DNA of 18,436 bases from Candidatus Eiseniibacteriota bacterium (GTDB lineage Bacteria; Eisenbacteria; RBG-16-71-46; DASYSL01), in assembly GCA_031431875.1 (NCBI GenBank), contig JANPEF010000117.1, positions 1 to 18,436 on the forward strand. Direction: 5' to 3'. Shown piece after piece: positions 8,281-16,796 of the stretch. A program made the position numbers and the translations under genes. Numbering within the stretch: position 1 is the stretch's first letter; the number at the start of each line of letters is the position of its first letter. Under the pieces are notes generated by a model. It was not told where the DNA came from and did no database searches. It worked only from the letters and a program-made list of their open reading frames with translations.

Positions 8281-8876
8281 CAGAAGTCTCCGTCCTTGAC
8301 GTACGGATGGCTCCACAGCGTCACCTGCAGGAGGCACGACTTGACCCATGCGCCGTGCATCTTCTCCACGTCTTCGGCCGAGTGGCCCTTCCTGGCGAGG
8401 AACGGCTTCAGCGTGAGCGTGATCGGGAACACGAGGGCGAACAGGTCGCGGAACGGGATGTGGTCAGTCGAAGCCGCGCCATCCGTGCGGTTCTTCTTCG
8501 TGCGATGATGACGGAGGCCGATTTCGTGCTGGTAGTCGAGCCACTTCTGATCGTACTCGGCGCGGGCCGTGTCGAGGATCCACTGGCCGAAGCGCTTGCG
8601 GACTGCGCCGAGGTACTCACCGAGGGGCTTCCCGTCGCTCTTGCCGGTGAACGACGCGAGCAGATGCGGGTTCGAACCGACGAATCCGTACCAGACGTCG
8701 AGGATCGCCTCGATCTCGTCCTTTACGACGTCATGAGACAAGCGCAGGGACGTCACGTCCTCATCGCCGAACAGGACGCTCCTTTTCATCAGCTCGAAAT
8801 CGGCGGGCGTCACGGGGGACCGAGCGACCGCGGCGGTGCCGTGCGTGTAGCCGGGAATGGTTGTCGCATCGTTCAT
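8280..8876 (-). CDS. Protoglobin
   Basis: IPGYTHG N-terminal extension, ILDVWYGFVGSNPHLL, RFGQWILDT, YQHEIGLRHHRTKKN.TDG, AW.KS...QVTLW..PY, all characteristic of protoglobins. Confidence 0.93.
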   Translation of the reverse strand: MNDATTIPGYTHGTAAVARSPVTPADFELMKRSVLFGDEDVTSLRLSHDVVKDEIEAILDVWYGFVGSNPHLLASFTGKSDGKPLGEYLGAVRKRFGQWILDTARAEYDQKWLDYQHEIGLRHHRTKKNRTDGAASTDHIPFRDLFALVFPITLTLKPFLARKGHSAEDVEKMHGAWVKSCLLQVTLWSHPYVKDGDF

Positions 8877-8958
8877 GGCTCAACTCCTTTCGCATTGTCG
8901 GGTGCGGGGATTCGTTCCTGATCGGCCTGCGGGTACACTACGGGGCACGCGCACGGTT

Positions 8959-8988
8959 GGTAAGAAGGCACTTTTCGGTAAGGTAGGT
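8959..8988. promoter_or_regulatory. Putative operator/promoter of the HxlR divergon
   Basis: GGTAAG repeated 18 bp apart around GGCACTTTTC just upstream of the regulator ATG; TACACT at 8934-8939. Confidence 0.4.
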
Positions 8989-8993
8989 ATGCG

Positions 8994-9350
8994 ATGGCGA
9001 ATGGCGAACCGTCAGGCAGCGCGGCACCTGCGTCGATGGAGGGCATCCCTGTCGCCGCGATGGTCGAGAGCATCGTCGGATGCAAGTGGTCGATTCGCGT
9101 GCTCCAGCTCTGTGCCGATGGGCAGAATCAGCCCAGCGCCCTTCTCCGCGCGTGCCCTGGTCTGTCTGCGAAGGTGTTGAACGAGCGGCTGAGAAAATTG
9201 CTTCGGTTCGGCATCGTGCAGCGAACCGCGTACGGCGACAGGCCTCCCATCAAGGTCGAGTACCTGCTGACGCCTTTCGGCCGTCGCTTCCTGGTCATTC
9301 TCGACGAGATCCGTCGACTTCAAGAAGCCGTCGACGACGGCGCCGAATGA
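8994..9350 (+). CDS. HxlR-family winged-helix transcriptional regulator
   Basis: IVGCKWS, GLSAKVLNERLRKL..FGIVQR, PPIKVEY.LTPFG. Confidence 0.9.
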   Translation: MANGEPSGSAAPASMEGIPVAAMVESIVGCKWSIRVLQLCADGQNQPSALLRACPGLSAKVLNERLRKLLRFGIVQRTAYGDRPPIKVEYLLTPFGRRFLVILDEIRRLQEAVDDGAE

Positions 9351-9414
9351 GACCGACACGAGCCATCCGAGCAGGCGCAGGGATCCCGCAGTGTCCGACA
9401 ACCCCGGGAGGTCG

Positions 9415-9545
9415 ATGAACGTTCGAAAGAGCTACGACTCGGCGGCGGGCCTGGGGATGTTGCCCACGATCCGGGCCAGCAAGGGGTCGCGATCTTCGGG
9501 GTCGACTTCTCGGCGAAGATGGTCGCGGCGGCCAGGAGCCGAGGA
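9415..9545 (+). pseudogene. Internally deleted class I SAM methyltransferase remnant
   Basis: GGAGGT RBS and MNVRKSYDSAA, then in another frame GPGDVAH...GVAIFGVDFSAKMVAAAR (motif I/post-I like); the intervening region is missing. Confidence 0.6.
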
Positions 9546-9594
9546 TCCCGTGACCAGCGGATCGATGCCTGGACATCCTTGCAGGGAAGGGCGG

Positions 9595-10134
9595 GAGCGC
9601 GTCGAGAGCGCGGTTGAGGATCTCGGCGACCTCGCCGACCCGGATGCGATGCGCCAGGAGCACCTGCGCCCATTCGAGCTTGGCGTGCGGCCCTTCGCCA
9701 AGGGCGACCTTGAGCAGGAAATCAGGTCGGGCGTGGACCACTTTGTGACCAATTCACCTCGCCTGGGATAGGTGAATTGGTCACAAAGTGGTCCATGTCC
9801 GGGCCGGCTCCGGTGGAGTCGGCGGAGCGGGAGCCGCCGCCGGCGCGAGCAGCATTGGTGCGGGCCGCGGTGGGAGTGAGGGCAGGTGCGGGGCGAGCAT
9901 CGAGACCGCGGTCAGGTGGAGCCGGCCGCTCGCGATGGCGTCGAACAGCGCCGGGAACCGCCGCGCGGCGCGGGTAGACTGAACTCGCCGGAAGGCCGCG
10001 CCTTCCGAGAGCCCGAGGGCCCCCACGCAGAATAGGTCCATGGAGTTGTCGCCCGCCGGCAGGTCCAGGCGGCGGAGGTCGACCTCGGCGATGTGGGCGA
10101 GGATGACCGCGGTGGCAGCGCGCTCGCCGGCGAC
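9595..10134 (-). pseudogene. Decayed paralog of the DUF222-like HNH gene at 15171-16301
   Basis: AGERAATAVILAHIAEVDLRRL...RLHLTAVSMLAPHL and LKVALGE..HAKLE.AQVLLAH...RALDAL in different frames; start and HNH domain absent. Confidence 0.92.
9734..9795. repeat. Perfect inverted repeat, 26-bp arms, 10-nt loop
   Basis: tggaccactttgtgaccaattcacct-cgcctgggat-aggtgaattggtcacaaagtggtcca. Confidence 0.97.
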
Positions 10135-10311
10135 GAGGCTGTCGATTGCCGCCGCCGTCGTCATCGGGTCCTTGAAGATCGCCTCCCACTTCGAGAACGG
10201 CAGCGCTTGCGCCTGCGGGCTGACTCGCTGCGGCAGTCGCTTCTGGTCGAACGTGGGGAGGCTCTTCTCGAGCGGCAGGCGTGACTCGCGGAGCAGTCGC
10301 GCGATCCGGTT
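10132..10311 (-). mobile_element. istB: IS21-family istB remnant, internally deleted
   Basis: NRIARLLRESRLPLEKSLPTFDQKRLP joined to LPFSKWEAIFKDPMTTAAAIDSLV; both are IstB segments, and the Walker A/B core is missing. Confidence 0.8.
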
Positions 10312-10567
10312 CGGTGAAGCACTCGCGGATCGTCGAGATTCATCGCGCTGCTTGGCGCCATCAGGCACCTCGCAGCAGCGCGCTTGTGATGCCGGCTCGG
10401 GGGTCGAGCGACCCCGACCGGCGCCCGGGCTTGCCTCAAGCCGCCCGGCGGCCCCAAGCTGCGGCGCACCCTGGGCTCGGGGCCGAACCCGGCCGGGGTT
10501 CCTGGATGGCTTCGTCGTGTCACCCCAGTGGCATCTCGCTCTCGCGAGAGCCTGCGAGGAGGATTTC

Positions 10568-11590
10568 GTGAGCATTGAAGCGCAGGGCACTCCCCCCCAC
10601 GCCAACCTCATCCAGCTCGCGTCCGCGTACTGGGCGTCCCGGATCGTCTACGCGGCTGCGCGCCTTCGACTCGCGGATCACCTCGCGGCGGGCCCGCGCA
10701 GTGCGGCCGAGCTGGCGCCGTTGACCGGCACGCACGCGCCGTCCCTCCATCGCCTCATGCGCACGCTGGCGAGTCTCGGGATCCTGGTCTCGGTTGATGC
10801 GGAGCGGTTCGCCCTCACGCCGGTCGGTGAGGCGTTGCGCACCGGGGCGCCGGGGGCGGCGTTGCCCACCGTGCTGACCTTCGGGAGTCCGTGGTTCACG
10901 CGTGGGTTCGAGGAGATCCTGCATTCGCTCGAGACGGGTGGCACGGGTTTCGAGAAGGCGATGGGGATGCCGGCGTTTGATTACCTCGCGCAGAATCCCG
11001 AGGCGGCCGGTTGGTTCAACGAGACGATGGTCGGCTTCCATGGCGCGGAGCCGGCTGCCGTGGCGGCGGCGTACGACTTCTCCGGTTTCGAGACGGTGAT
11101 CGATGTCGGCGGCGGCACCGGAAATCTCATGGCGGCGATTCTCGCTCGCCACGCGGGGCCCAGGGGCGTGCTCTTCGACCGGCCGTACGTGATCGCGAAC
11201 GCGCCGGCGTTGCTGCGCGAGCGCGGCGTCGAATCGCGCGTGACGCTCGAGGGCGGCGACTTCTTCGCGGGAGTGCCCTCCGGCGGCGACTGCTACGTGC
11301 TCTCGCACGTGATCCACGACTGGACCGAGGAACAGTGCCTCACGATCCTCGCCCACTGCCGGGCGGCGATGCGGCCGGGCGCACGACTTCTCCTCGTCGA
11401 GATGGTGCTGCCCGAGGGCAACACGCCGCACCCGGGCAAGATGCTCGACATCGTGATGCTGGTGCTGCCCGGGGGGCAGGAGCGGACCGAGGCCGAGTAC
11501 GGGGCGCTGCTGGCTCGGGCGGGATTTCGGGTCGAGCGCGTGGTGCCGACGGAGTCGGCGGTGAGTGTCGTCGAGGCGGTGGTGGGGTGA
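10568..11590 (+). CDS. O-methyltransferase (Methyltransf_2 with dimerisation domain)
   Basis: GTG after GAGGAGGA; VIDVGGGTG, GDFF, LSHVIHDW, GGQERT..EY..LL..AGF. Confidence 0.92.
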   Translation: MSIEAQGTPPHANLIQLASAYWASRIVYAAARLRLADHLAAGPRSAAELAPLTGTHAPSLHRLMRTLASLGILVSVDAERFALTPVGEALRTGAPGAALPTVLTFGSPWFTRGFEEILHSLETGGTGFEKAMGMPAFDYLAQNPEAAGWFNETMVGFHGAEPAAVAAAYDFSGFETVIDVGGGTGNLMAAILARHAGPRGVLFDRPYVIANAPALLRERGVESRVTLEGGDFFAGVPSGGDCYVLSHVIHDWTEEQCLTILAHCRAAMRPGARLLLVEMVLPEGNTPHPGKMLDIVMLVLPGGQERTEAEYGALLARAGFRVERVVPTESAVSVVEAVVG

Positions 11591-11601
11591 CGACCGTTCG
11601 A

Positions 11602-11817
11602 TCAGTCGCCTGAGTCAGGCGCCTCGTCCGGCAGCTCGGGCAGCTCGACGGTTGCGGCATCGACCTCGACCACCTGGCCATCCCGCCACAACACGAGCGG
11701 GATGCCGAGCTGCCGATGGCGGAGGATGGTCCGGCGCTGGGCGGCGACCATGGCGCGGTCGATCGCGGTGCCTTCGCGAATGATCCGGCCGATGTCGCGT
11801 CGCGGGTGCTGGCTCAC
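11602..11817 (-). CDS. Small conserved protein coupled to the zeta-like ATPase
   Basis: GTG start overlaps the ATPase TGA (GTGA); HRQLGIPLVLWRDGQVV motif; a paralogous remnant at 7553-7660 supports coding status. Confidence 0.75.
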   Translation of the reverse strand: MSQHPRRDIGRIIREGTAIDRAMVAAQRRTILRHRQLGIPLVLWRDGQVVEVDAATVELPELPDEAPDSGD

Positions 11818-12425
11818 GAGATCTCCTCCAGGCGTTCGCGAATGGTCCGCCCCGCCGAGGCGTCGAGAACGGTCGGTTCCCCGGCTCCGGCCCCGCGGGC
11901 GATGAGAGGCCGCCGGTCGATGGCGCTTCCATCGTACACCCGCCAGGTCGTGGCATCCGGCCGGTACAGCCGATCGAAGTTCGCGAGGCTCTTCCAGAAG
12001 CGGCGCCGGATGACCGGTTCGGGGACGTCATGTCCACCGCTCGCGACCCGGGTCCGGACCCGGGCGATCGAGGTCTCCGGCGACGGCAGCCACAGATAGA
12101 AGACGTGGACCTCGTATCCGGTCTCGACCAGCCCCCGAAGGAACCGGTGCGCGGAGCGACCGGCCAGCGTGCTCTCGAACGCGAAGTCCTCGCGCGCCTC
12201 CGCCAGGTCCCGCAGCCGGCGCAGCATGATCCGGCCGGCCTCGACCGCGGCCGTCTCCGGGCTGAACCCCGCCAGTCCCTGGGCGATCACGTCGGCGTTG
12301 ACGAAGGCGTCGATGCCGACCGCGTCCTGCAGAAGGTCTGGAGCGGCGGACGTCTTCCCCGCGCCATTGGGCCCGGCGATGACGACGACTTGCGGGAAGA
12401 GGGAGGAGTCCGCGACGAAGCTCAT
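11814..12425 (-). CDS. Zeta-toxin-family / AAA-like P-loop protein
   Basis: IAGPNGAGKTS, FVNADVIA, FAFESTL, RV..RV.SGGHDVP..VIRRRF; ATG 12425. Confidence 0.87.
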   Translation of the reverse strand: MSFVADSSLFPQVVVIAGPNGAGKTSAAPDLLQDAVGIDAFVNADVIAQGLAGFSPETAAVEAGRIMLRRLRDLAEAREDFAFESTLAGRSAHRFLRGLVETGYEVHVFYLWLPSPETSIARVRTRVASGGHDVPEPVIRRRFWKSLANFDRLYRPDATTWRVYDGSAIDRRPLIARGAGAGEPTVLDASAGRTIRERLEEIS

Positions 12426-12432
12426 GGCACGC

Positions 12433-12438
12433 AGTGTA
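12433..12438 (-). promoter_or_regulatory. -10 element, probable leaderless promoter
   Basis: TACACT lies 7 nt upstream of ATG 12425, with no Shine-Dalgarno. Confidence 0.5.
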
Positions 12439-12503
12439 GGCGGGCCACGTGCGGGTGAACCACTCCGGAATTGGGAAGGCTCCATGGAAGTCGTGGAGGT
12501 ACG

Positions 12504-13754
12504 ATGCGAACGGAGAACGGTCGCACGCACACGCCCTTCGCCCGCAGGGCACGATCCCGGTCACGAGGAAGCCTTCCCTTGCCCCCTTCGCCCAGGCGCC
12601 TTCGTGTTCACACGCTCGCGCTCCTCCTCGTGCTCCTGGCCCCGCTCACGGCGAGCGCCGCCACCGGCGACGACGCCGAGACGCTCCGATCGGTCGTCGA
12701 CCGGACGATTCGTCCACTCATGACGCGGCACGACATCCCCGGCATGGCGGTGGGGCTGACCGTCGACGGTTGGTCCTATGTCTTCAACTACGGGGTGGCA
12801 TCGAAGCAGGGCGGGGCGTCGGTCACGGATTCGACGCTGTTCGAGGTCGGCTCGATCAGCAAGATGTTCACCACCACGCTGGCAGCCTACGCGCAGACGA
12901 CCGGCAGGCTGTCGCTGGATGAACATCCGGGCCGCTACATTCCACGTCTGAAGGACCGGCCCATCGATCGGGCGACGCTTCTTCATCTCGGGACCTACAC
13001 GGCGGGCGGCCTGCCGCTGCAGTTTCCCGACGACGTCGGGGACGACGCGGCGGCAATTGCCTACCTCCGCGCCTGGAACTCCGAAGCCGCACCGGGCACG
13101 GTGCGCGAGTACTCCAATCCGAGCCTCGGGCTCCTCGGCGCAGTCACCGCCGCGGCACTCGAGGACAGCTTCGCGACGCTGGTCGAAACCCGGCTCCTGC
13201 CGAAGTTCGGCATGCGCAACACCTGGCTCCACGTGCCGGCCCAGGCGATGGCCGACTATGCCTGGGGACACCGCGCGGGAAAGCCGGTCCGTGTCCGACC
13301 CGGCCCCATGGACGAGGCGACGTATGGCATCAAGTCGACCGCCGCCGACATGATTCGCTTCGTGCAGGCAAACATCGATCCCGGCGGACTCGATGCTCCG
13401 CTGCAACGGGCCGTCGCTGCGACCCAGGTCGGCTACTTCAGGGTCGGTCGTGTGGTGCAGGGCTTCGGATGGGAGCAGTTTCCGTATCCGCTCTCCCGCG
13501 AAGTGTTGCTGGCGGGCAACGCGGAGGGGGTGATCTATGAAAGGAATCCGGTGCAGCCCCTGGCGCCCCCGGCTGTCGCCGGGATGCGCCTATATGACAA
13601 GACCGGCTCGACGGGAGGTTTCGGCGCCTATGTCGTGTTCGTGCCGGCGAAACGGATCGGCCTGGTGATGCTGGCCAACCGGAACTACCCCATTTCCGCG
13701 CGGGTCGAGGCGGCGTACGCGATCCTGGAGGAGATGGGGCAGGATCCGCGCTGA
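12504..13754 (+). CDS. ampC: Class C beta-lactamase (AmpC-like)
   Basis: FEVGSISK (SxxK), YSN, KTGSTGGFGAY, LGTYTAGGLPLQFPD, VMLANRNYP; GGAGGT RBS; signal-like hydrophobic segment ending ASA. Confidence 0.9.
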   Translation: MRTENGRTHTPFARRARSRSRGSLPLPPSPRRLRVHTLALLLVLLAPLTASAATGDDAETLRSVVDRTIRPLMTRHDIPGMAVGLTVDGWSYVFNYGVASKQGGASVTDSTLFEVGSISKMFTTTLAAYAQTTGRLSLDEHPGRYIPRLKDRPIDRATLLHLGTYTAGGLPLQFPDDVGDDAAAIAYLRAWNSEAAPGTVREYSNPSLGLLGAVTAAALEDSFATLVETRLLPKFGMRNTWLHVPAQAMADYAWGHRAGKPVRVRPGPMDEATYGIKSTAADMIRFVQANIDPGGLDAPLQRAVAATQVGYFRVGRVVQGFGWEQFPYPLSREVLLAGNAEGVIYERNPVQPLAPPAVAGMRLYDKTGSTGGFGAYVVFVPAKRIGLVMLANRNYPISARVEAAYAILEEMGQDPR

Positions 13755-13777
13755 GGAGTCGAACGGAGGTAACGGCG

Positions 13778-14125
13778 ATGTCCTTCTCCGAAATCGAGTG
13801 GAAACGTTTTGAGCTCGACCTGGCGCGCTTCATGGCGAGGCGCCGGCCGCCGCCGCATGTCCGGCACGAGCTCGACCTGGCGCACCGCCTGCGCGGACAG
13901 AGCGTGGAGATCTACTCGATCCGGCCGCCGTGGGACGGCCGGGGTGCGCCGATCGAGCACCCCATCGCCCGCATGACCTTCGTGCGCGCCCGGAACATCT
14001 GGCGTCTCTTCTGGATGCGGCAGGACCTGAAGTGGCATTCCTACGAGCCGAAGGCCGAGGCGCGCTCCCTGCGGGAGTGCCTGGACGTCGTGGATCAGGA
14101 CGCCCACGCATGCTTCTTCGGCTAG
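13778..14125 (+). CDS. DUF3024 family protein
   Basis: RRPP.HVR.ELDL, W.LFWMRQDLKWH.YEP, DAHACFFG; GGAGGT RBS. Confidence 0.87.
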   Translation: MSFSEIEWKRFELDLARFMARRRPPPHVRHELDLAHRLRGQSVEIYSIRPPWDGRGAPIEHPIARMTFVRARNIWRLFWMRQDLKWHSYEPKAEARSLRECLDVVDQDAHACFFG

Positions 14126-14130
14126 AGCCA

Positions 14131-14143
14131 CCACGTCACTTCC
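14131..14143 (+). repeat. 13-bp direct repeat of the mnmE stop region (distal copy)
   Basis: ccacgtcacttcc, identical to 16797-16809. Confidence 0.7.
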
Positions 14144-14185
14144 GGGGCTTGCGTGCGGCGATCTCCCGGGGCAATCTCTCCGACC

Positions 14186-14734
14186 TTGCACGATCTCCCC
14201 CGTCGAACCCCATCGCTGCTGCTGCGCCACTTCGTCGCGGAAGACGCGGCGGAGATCATGGCGTTGAACGCCGAAGCGTCCACCGGGCGGTGGCTTCCGT
14301 CGCATGTGTACGCTTCGCTCGAGGAGACTTCGGCGCGACTGGGCGATCTGATTTCCTGCGATTCGTCGCCGGGGGATCCGCGGCTCGGGGCGTATGTGCT
14401 GGCTGTCGAAGACTTGGAGCTCGGTCGGTTGCTCGGGCATGTCGGCTTCAGTCCGCTCGATGTGGACGTTGAAGTGTCGTACGCCATCGCCGAGGCGTTT
14501 CGGGGTCGGGGTCTTGGCGCCGAGGCGCTTGCGTCTGCCTGCTCGTGGATCGCGGAGACGTGGGGCGTGCCTCGAGTCCTTGCGGTCACCGCGTCCGCGA
14601 ACGCGGCATCCCGCCGGGTGCTGGATCGGGCGGGCTTCGTTCTCGAGGGCGAGCGGGTCATGGTCTTCCAGGGGGGCGAGGCGGTCGTGAGTCGTTATTT
14701 CTGGCACGCGACTGGAGTTGGGAGGATCGCCTGA
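14186..14734 (+). CDS. RimJ/RimL-like GNAT acetyltransferase
   Basis: Ungapped paralog of domain 1 of 3348-4418; FRGRGLG, NAASRRVL; TTG start inferred from that alignment. Confidence 0.85.
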   Translation: MHDLPRRTPSLLLRHFVAEDAAEIMALNAEASTGRWLPSHVYASLEETSARLGDLISCDSSPGDPRLGAYVLAVEDLELGRLLGHVGFSPLDVDVEVSYAIAEAFRGRGLGAEALASACSWIAETWGVPRVLAVTASANAASRRVLDRAGFVLEGERVMVFQGGEAVVSRYFWHATGVGRIA

Positions 14735-15174
14735 TGGAACCCGTGATTGATCACATCGAGATCACCGTTCGGGACACTTCGGTCGCGGCCGCCTTCTACG
14801 ACCGATTCCTCCCGTTGGTCGGGTATGACCTCGCGCTTCGCGGCGAGGTATACCTCGAGCGGCATGAGAAGCGCGTCGTGTCGTACGAGCACGAGCGCCT
14901 CGGCTTCGCGATCACGTCGCCCCTCGGCGTCTTCGCCGCCGAGGACATGAACCGCCGAAAGCCGGGGGCGCTGCATCACCTCTCCTTTCGGGTTGGCTCC
15001 CGGGCGGAGGTGGACCGGTTGCACCGCGAGCTGGTGGCGATCAGGGCCACGATCGTGATTCCGCCGCGCGAGTTCCCCGAGTTCACTCCGGCGGGCTACT
15101 ACGCGGTGTTCTTCACGGATCCGGATGGGATCCGCTACGAGATCGTTTGCACGGCCGGACCGGCCGGGGGCTAA
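14734..15174 (+). CDS. VOC/glyoxalase family protein
   Basis: IDHIEITV, GALHHLSFRV.SRAEVD, GYYAVFFTDPDGIRYE; TGATG coupling with the GNAT; GGAGG RBS. Confidence 0.9.
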   Translation: MEPVIDHIEITVRDTSVAAAFYDRFLPLVGYDLALRGEVYLERHEKRVVSYEHERLGFAITSPLGVFAAEDMNRRKPGALHHLSFRVGSRAEVDRLHRELVAIRATIVIPPREFPEFTPAGYYAVFFTDPDGIRYEIVCTAGPAGG

Positions 15175-16301
15175 TGTTCCTGGTCGTTCCGACCGTTGCG
15201 CTTGCTCTCCATGAACTCCCGCCCGAACTGCCTCTCCGCTTCGAACTGGTTGTGCGCGCGACAACGCAGGCGCAAGTTCTCGGCCGTCGACTCACCCCCC
15301 TTTGCGACCGGCAGCGCGTGGTCGAACTCCAGCCCGCGCTCGGCGGCGCACTTGTGGCCCGACGGACTGGTGAACGTGCAGCGGCCTCCATCGCGGGCCC
15401 AGACTTCGCGACGGATGGAGGCGGGGATGCCGCGGCTGTCCGTGCGCTCGAGGCGCGGGGCTCGCTGCCAGGCTGGCGCGACGGCCCCCCGCCGCGTCTC
15501 GAGCTTCGAAAGCAATGCATCGAGCGCGCGGTCCAGAACTTCGGCAACCTCGCCGGCGCGCACGCTGTGCGCGAGCAGCACCTGCGCGCGCTCGAGCTTG
15601 GCGTGAGTTGTCTCCCCCAGCGCGACTTTGAGGACGAAATAGGGTTGGGCGGTGGGCATGACCCGCGGCTCCGTGGGAGCCTGCGCTCCGATTGCCCAAT
15701 TCACCTCGCCTGAGATAGGTGAATTGGGCAATCCGGCCGTCCCACTTGGCGCTGTGGCCGAGGCGGTCGCCGCACCAGCCGCAGGCAAGGCGGGCAACGC
15801 CGGCGGTGCGAGCGGAAGCGCCGCGGGGCTCGGTGGCGCCGCCACCGGTACCCCCACAACCCGCACCTGCGCCGCCGGTAGCGCCGCGCCCTCGGCCGGG
15901 AATCGCCTCGCGAGCCAGGCCTGGAGCTCGGAGCGCGTACGCTGTGAGGTGGCGGCGGCGATCAGCTCGTCGGCGTTCGATTCGCGCAGGTGCGGGGCGA
16001 GCATCGAGATCGCGGTCAGGTGAAGCCGGCCGGTCGCGATGGCATCGAACAGCACCGGAAAGCGGCGCGCTGCCCGGGCGGACTGGACTCGCCGGAACGC
16101 GGCGCCTTCGGAGAGCCCGAGAAATCCAACGCAGTAGGCGTACATGGAGTTGTAGGCCGCCGGCAGGTACAGCCGGCGCAGGTCGACCTCCGCGATGTGG
16201 GCCAGGATGACGGCGGTGGCGGCGCGTTCGCCGGCGATGAAGGCGCGGAGTTGCCGCATCAGCGTGTCGTCGTCGAGCTGCGAGAGGGAGTAGCCGTTCA
16301 T
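15171..16301 (-). CDS. HNH endonuclease with DUF222-like N-terminal domain
   Basis: C-terminal IPASIRREVWARDGGRC...LEFDH..P.AKGG.ST.ENLRLRCRAHN; helical N-domain; Pro/Ala linker containing a DNA hairpin; candidate -10 TAGACT at 16345-16350. Confidence 0.88.
   Translation of the reverse strand: MNGYSLSQLDDDTLMRQLRAFIAGERAATAVILAHIAEVDLRRLYLPAAYNSMYAYCVGFLGLSEGAAFRRVQSARAARRFPVLFDAIATGRLHLTAISMLAPHLRESNADELIAAATSQRTRSELQAWLARRFPAEGAALPAAQVRVVGVPVAAPPSPAALPLAPPALPALPAAGAATASATAPSGTAGLPNSPISGEVNWAIGAQAPTEPRVMPTAQPYFVLKVALGETTHAKLERAQVLLAHSVRAGEVAEVLDRALDALLSKLETRRGAVAPAWQRAPRLERTDSRGIPASIRREVWARDGGRCTFTSPSGHKCAAERGLEFDHALPVAKGGESTAENLRLRCRAHNQFEAERQFGREFMESKRNGRNDQEH
15690..15733. repeat. Perfect inverted repeat, 17-bp arms, 10-nt loop, inside the HNH gene
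   Basis: gattgcccaattcacct-cgcctgagat-aggtgaattgggcaatc. Confidence 0.95.
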
Positions 16302-16425
16302 GTTCGAACTCGCTGCGGGGGCGAGATCGGTGGGGACGCGACCAAGTCTACTCCCTGGGCGGGCCCGTCCGCTATGCTGGGCCGCCAGTGCACGAACCGA
16401 CCACGGAGATCCACGGAGGTTCCAC

Positions 16426-16764
16426 ATGATTGCACTCTTGATGGGGCTGAAGACGATCTCGCCCGCCGAGTTGTATCGGCTCGTGGAGCAGCGGGCCGTC
16501 GCAGTCTACGACGTCAACTCCCCGCAGAGCTGGGCCGGCGCGCACGTGCCGGGCGCGAAGCGCCTGGACCCCTCTGGATATCAGGCGGGCGAGCTGCCCG
16601 CGGACAGGGCTGGCCTGCTGGTGTTCTACTGCTCGAACCCATTGTGCCGGAAGGCGCCGAACGCGGCGAAGCGCGCCAAGGGGATGGGCTACACCGACGT
16701 GCGCGTGATGTCCGCGGGGATCACGGGATGGGTCGGGGCAAATCTGCCGACGGAGTCGGCATGA
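16426..16764 (+). CDS. Rhodanese-like domain protein
   Basis: GGAGGT RBS; YDVN, HVPGA, VFYCSNPLC, GY.DV.VM..GI.GW; TATGCT at 16373-16378. Confidence 0.88.
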   Translation: MIALLMGLKTISPAELYRLVEQRAVAVYDVNSPQSWAGAHVPGAKRLDPSGYQAGELPADRAGLLVFYCSNPLCRKAPNAAKRAKGMGYTDVRVMSAGITGWVGANLPTESA

Positions 16765-16796
16765 TCTCGTAGGTCGCGCCACCTGGCCCCACCCGG

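Noticed and set aside
10040..10567. Long N-terminal extension of the O-methyltransferase ORF
   Set aside because: It is antisense to the istB/HNH remnants; a strong RBS and GTG at 10568 give a normal-length protein.
9781..10611. 276-aa ORF as a functional novel protein
   Set aside because: It is a chimera of istB and HNH fragments lacking both catalytic cores; treated as a pseudogene mosaic.
16302..16425. Guide or HEARO-like ncRNA next to the HNH gene
   Set aside because: Only 124 bp, largely accounted for by divergent -10 elements and an RBS; no convincing long structure seen.
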